DNA of 6,135 nucleotides from a virus. The stretch is taken from the IMG/VR virus record IMGVR_UViG_3300020019_000004, positions 1 to 6,135 of that record, one strand, 5' to 3'. A program made the position numbers and the translations under genes. Positions 4,340-6,135 of the stretch are shown here, piece after piece. The notes under the pieces are model-generated. The model worked only from the letters and a program-made list of their open reading frames with translations, had not been told where the DNA came from and ran no database searches. Numbering within the stretch: position 1 is the stretch's first letter; every line of letters begins with the position of its first letter.

Positions 4340-4636
4340 CTATTTTTCTTCAGAATCAGTAGACCTCGAAGTGGGCTTCGATCTATCTAACTCCGAATCA
4401 ATGAGTTCCTGACCAATCTCGAGACCATCAAACTTATCCATACGAGAGAATGAATTAGGGTCGAAGTCGATTTCAGGGTTAAACCTCTCGCCCTTCTCGA
4501 AATCAGAGGGCTCAGCCGTTATATCCGGGCGACCGGGAATAACATCTACGGAGCCAGAACCATCAAGAACGGAAAGAATACGTTGACCGCGAGAAACGTA
4601 AGCGGGAGTATCTTCAAGGAGCCAATCAAGTGCCAT
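4340..4636 (-). CDS. Hypothetical strongly acidic 98-aa protein, possibly a scaffolding-type protein
   Basis: It starts at ATG 4636..4634, 12 nt after the VP1 stop, on the same strand. It has about 23 Asp/Glu against 11 Arg/Lys. Calling it a scaffold rests only on its acidity and its position next to the capsid gene. Confidence 0.6.
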   Translation of the reverse strand: MALDWLLEDTPAYVSRGQRILSVLDGSGSVDVIPGRPDITAEPSDFEKGERFNPEIDFDPNSFSRMDKFDGLEIGQELIDSELDRSKPTSRSTDSEEK

Positions 4637-4648
4637 AAGATTAATATA

Positions 4649-6135
4649 TTAACGGTTAGACAAACGAGTTGCAAACGTCTTATTAATTAAGTTCTTCTTC
4701 TGAACCGAATAAGACATATTTACAAAGAAATTATCCTCTACCTTGGAAGCAAAGGGCGAATTAACTTGTGCCATATCCACAAAGAGTGCGGGATAATAAT
4801 TAGCGCTAGCGGAGCCTACATACGAAAAACCAAGAGAACGTTGCTGTACCCAATACGAGTAAAGAGGCTTGGGAAGGCCTAACTCAGGAGCGGGATATGC
4901 GGACAATGAACCTAATACCTCATCATAGGATGAACGAAACTCGTTAAAACAAGGCTCGTAAGCGACCGCGAGACCAAGGTTAGAACCTGCGGCGTTACTA
5001 AAAAGCCGCGCAGCGGGGACATCCTGATAGCCAATATCGTTATAAATAGGATTAAAATAATCCGAGCCTTGATAACCCAAGTAATCGGGGGTAATTCCGC
5101 TCCAAAAATAGACAGGACGAATACTCAGCATGTCGATCATATAGCCAGGTTCGCGGAAATAATAGGACTGTCGACGACCTAATCGATCGTTAAAAGCAAT
5201 AGCTCCACCTTGCTGACCGAGGGGGCCGTTAGCCGACGGGCCAGCAAAATTATTTTGGCCGGCTTGATTCATGACGATCTGTACATTAACAGTTTGCGAA
5301 GCACTAAAAAGAAGCTTCGGGCGATCGACGTGTTCGATCTTCGATGCAAAAAACGTCTCCAGCCAATCACTATAACGACTGCCGCCAGCACCAAGGAGGT
5401 CTTTGTATTCCTGAAGACGAGAAGCGATAGCCAACTGCGGGATAGTGTTTACGCCGGTCATGGAAACAGCGGACGATGAGCCCACAGGAATGAGACGACT
5501 AAAGCGATCAGGATTCGAGGGCACAACAGCCATAGGATGTGCAAACAAGAAAGCCGAAATACTAGAGACAGAGGTCGAACCTACTTCGACAGAGAACTGG
5601 CCGGATGGACCGCTTCCAGTGGCGATATTAGCACCGCTAGGCAACGTAGTAGAAACAGGGTAACCATTTTGATCGCCACCTGTCGGAAGTTGGGAATCGA
5701 TTATCTGGAAAAACAAGTTGCCTCTATTGAAAGTATTGTTCGTGCTCGAAACAGCTGACGGATAAAACTGACTCTCAAAATAAGAATCAAGAAATTCTAG
5801 GTTGGCGAACTCCTGCTTGAAAAATGTAGACTCAGAAGAAAAAGAATAGGAGTTATCCAAAACCGACCAGGAAGCAGGCCACGCGACCGAAAATAAAGAC
5901 CACTGTGAGTAGCTGTAATAATTTCGAACAATATCCCAATAAGCTAAATATGTATCAGCGTTTGCCCACTGATTAACCGCAGCGCCAGAAGGGAGGCTAG
6001 CAGTATAAGGAGGTTGGTTAGAAAGTTGCAGCGATGTCTTATTGGAAACACGAAGCCAAGCCATAAGCGAGTTCGGATAGGCACGCGAAGCACCAAGAGC
6101 AGAATTAGGAGTGGTGGTGCCGGATGTACCAACAA
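4649..6135 (-). CDS. VP1: Major capsid protein, main and C-terminal part (aa 106-599 plus stop); the 5' end is open at the window edge and overlaps the redundant copy of 1..121
   Basis: The track lists ORF 4649..6064, but the frame stays open upstream to the window end (codon phase 6133, 6130...). Bases 6015..6135 repeat 1..121, so the real start is the ATG at 434. The product is large, rich in aromatic residues and Gly/Ser/Asn, as expected for a jelly-roll capsid protein with long insertion loops. The stop is TAA at 4651..4649. Confidence 0.9.
   Translation of the reverse strand, partial: VGTSGTTTPNSALGASRAYPNSLMAWLRVSNKTSLQLSNQPPYTASLPSGAAVNQWANADTYLAYWDIVRNYYSYSQWSLFSVAWPASWSVLDNSYSFSSESTFFKQEFANLEFLDSYFESQFYPSAVSSTNNTFNRGNLFFQIIDSQLPTGGDQNGYPVSTTLPSGANIATGSGPSGQFSVEVGSTSVSSISAFLFAHPMAVVPSNPDRFSRLIPVGSSSAVSMTGVNTIPQLAIASRLQEYKDLLGAGGSRYSDWLETFFASKIEHVDRPKLLFSASQTVNVQIVMNQAGQNNFAGPSANGPLGQQGGAIAFNDRLGRRQSYYFREPGYMIDMLSIRPVYFWSGITPDYLGYQGSDYFNPIYNDIGYQDVPAARLFSNAAGSNLGLAVAYEPCFNEFRSSYDEVLGSLSAYPAPELGLPKPLYSYWVQQRSLGFSYVGSASANYYPALFVDMAQVNSPFASKVEDNFFVNMSYSVQKKNLINKTFATRLSNR
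6015..6135. repeat. Terminal direct repeat, copy 2 (circular-assembly overlap)
   Basis: Identical to 1..121, with an offset of exactly 6,014 nt. Confidence 0.95.

Larger units (their letters stand above)
1..6014 (-). other. One complete unit of a circular Microviridae (ssDNA phage) genome, 6,014 nt, with all credible genes on the window minus strand
   Basis: Bases 1..121 are identical to 6015..6135, so the window closes on itself with period 6,014. It carries the three hallmark microvirus genes (major capsid, pilot protein, HUH Rep). The genes are tightly packed on a single strand, and the size is typical of the family. Confidence 0.85.

Noticed and set aside
5210-6135. Plus-strand ORFs 5210..5479, 5445..5663 and 5537..5758, and the minus-strand ORF 5944..6135
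   Set aside because: They are antisense or alternative-frame ORFs inside the capsid gene, short, and without supporting signals.

Overview
The window is one complete, circularly permuted genome of a small ssDNA phage of the family Microviridae. The unit length is 6,014 nt, and a 121-nt terminal redundancy follows it (1..121 is identical to 6015..6135). It is shown as the complement of the coding, packaged strand, because every credible gene lies on the window minus strand. Gene order on the minus strand is as follows. (1) Major capsid protein VP1, 599 aa, split across the window ends (434..1 continuing 6014..4649). (2) An acidic 98-aa protein. (3) A 63-aa predicted lipoprotein. (4) The VP2 DNA-pilot/minor capsid protein, 456 aa. 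(5) A Bacteroidota-type promoter. (6) A 101-aa ORF. (7) An acidic 107-aa ORF. (8) A strong intrinsic terminator. (9) A GC-rich structured intergenic region that also contains a 27-codon basic ORF. (10) A 66-aa ORF. (11) The VP4 HUH rolling-circle replication initiator, 356 aa, with a GTG start. No start codon has a Shine-Dalgarno sequence and all leaders are A/T-rich. Together with a full TTTG-N19-TAnnTTTG promoter match, this suggests a Bacteroidota host and perhaps an Alpavirinae-like lineage, which only a capsid or Rep phylogeny could settle. The points most worth follow-up are the small lipoprotein gene (a lysis or exclusion candidate), the promoter-to-terminator two-gene accessory cassette, and the compact perfectly paired three-way junction. 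Also worth follow-up are the tiny basic ORFs in the two GC-rich intergenic regions and the hydrophobic ORF overprinted inside the Rep gene. Only VP1, VP2 and VP4 are assigned from recognisable motifs. All other functions are inferred from composition and position, and no homology search was possible.
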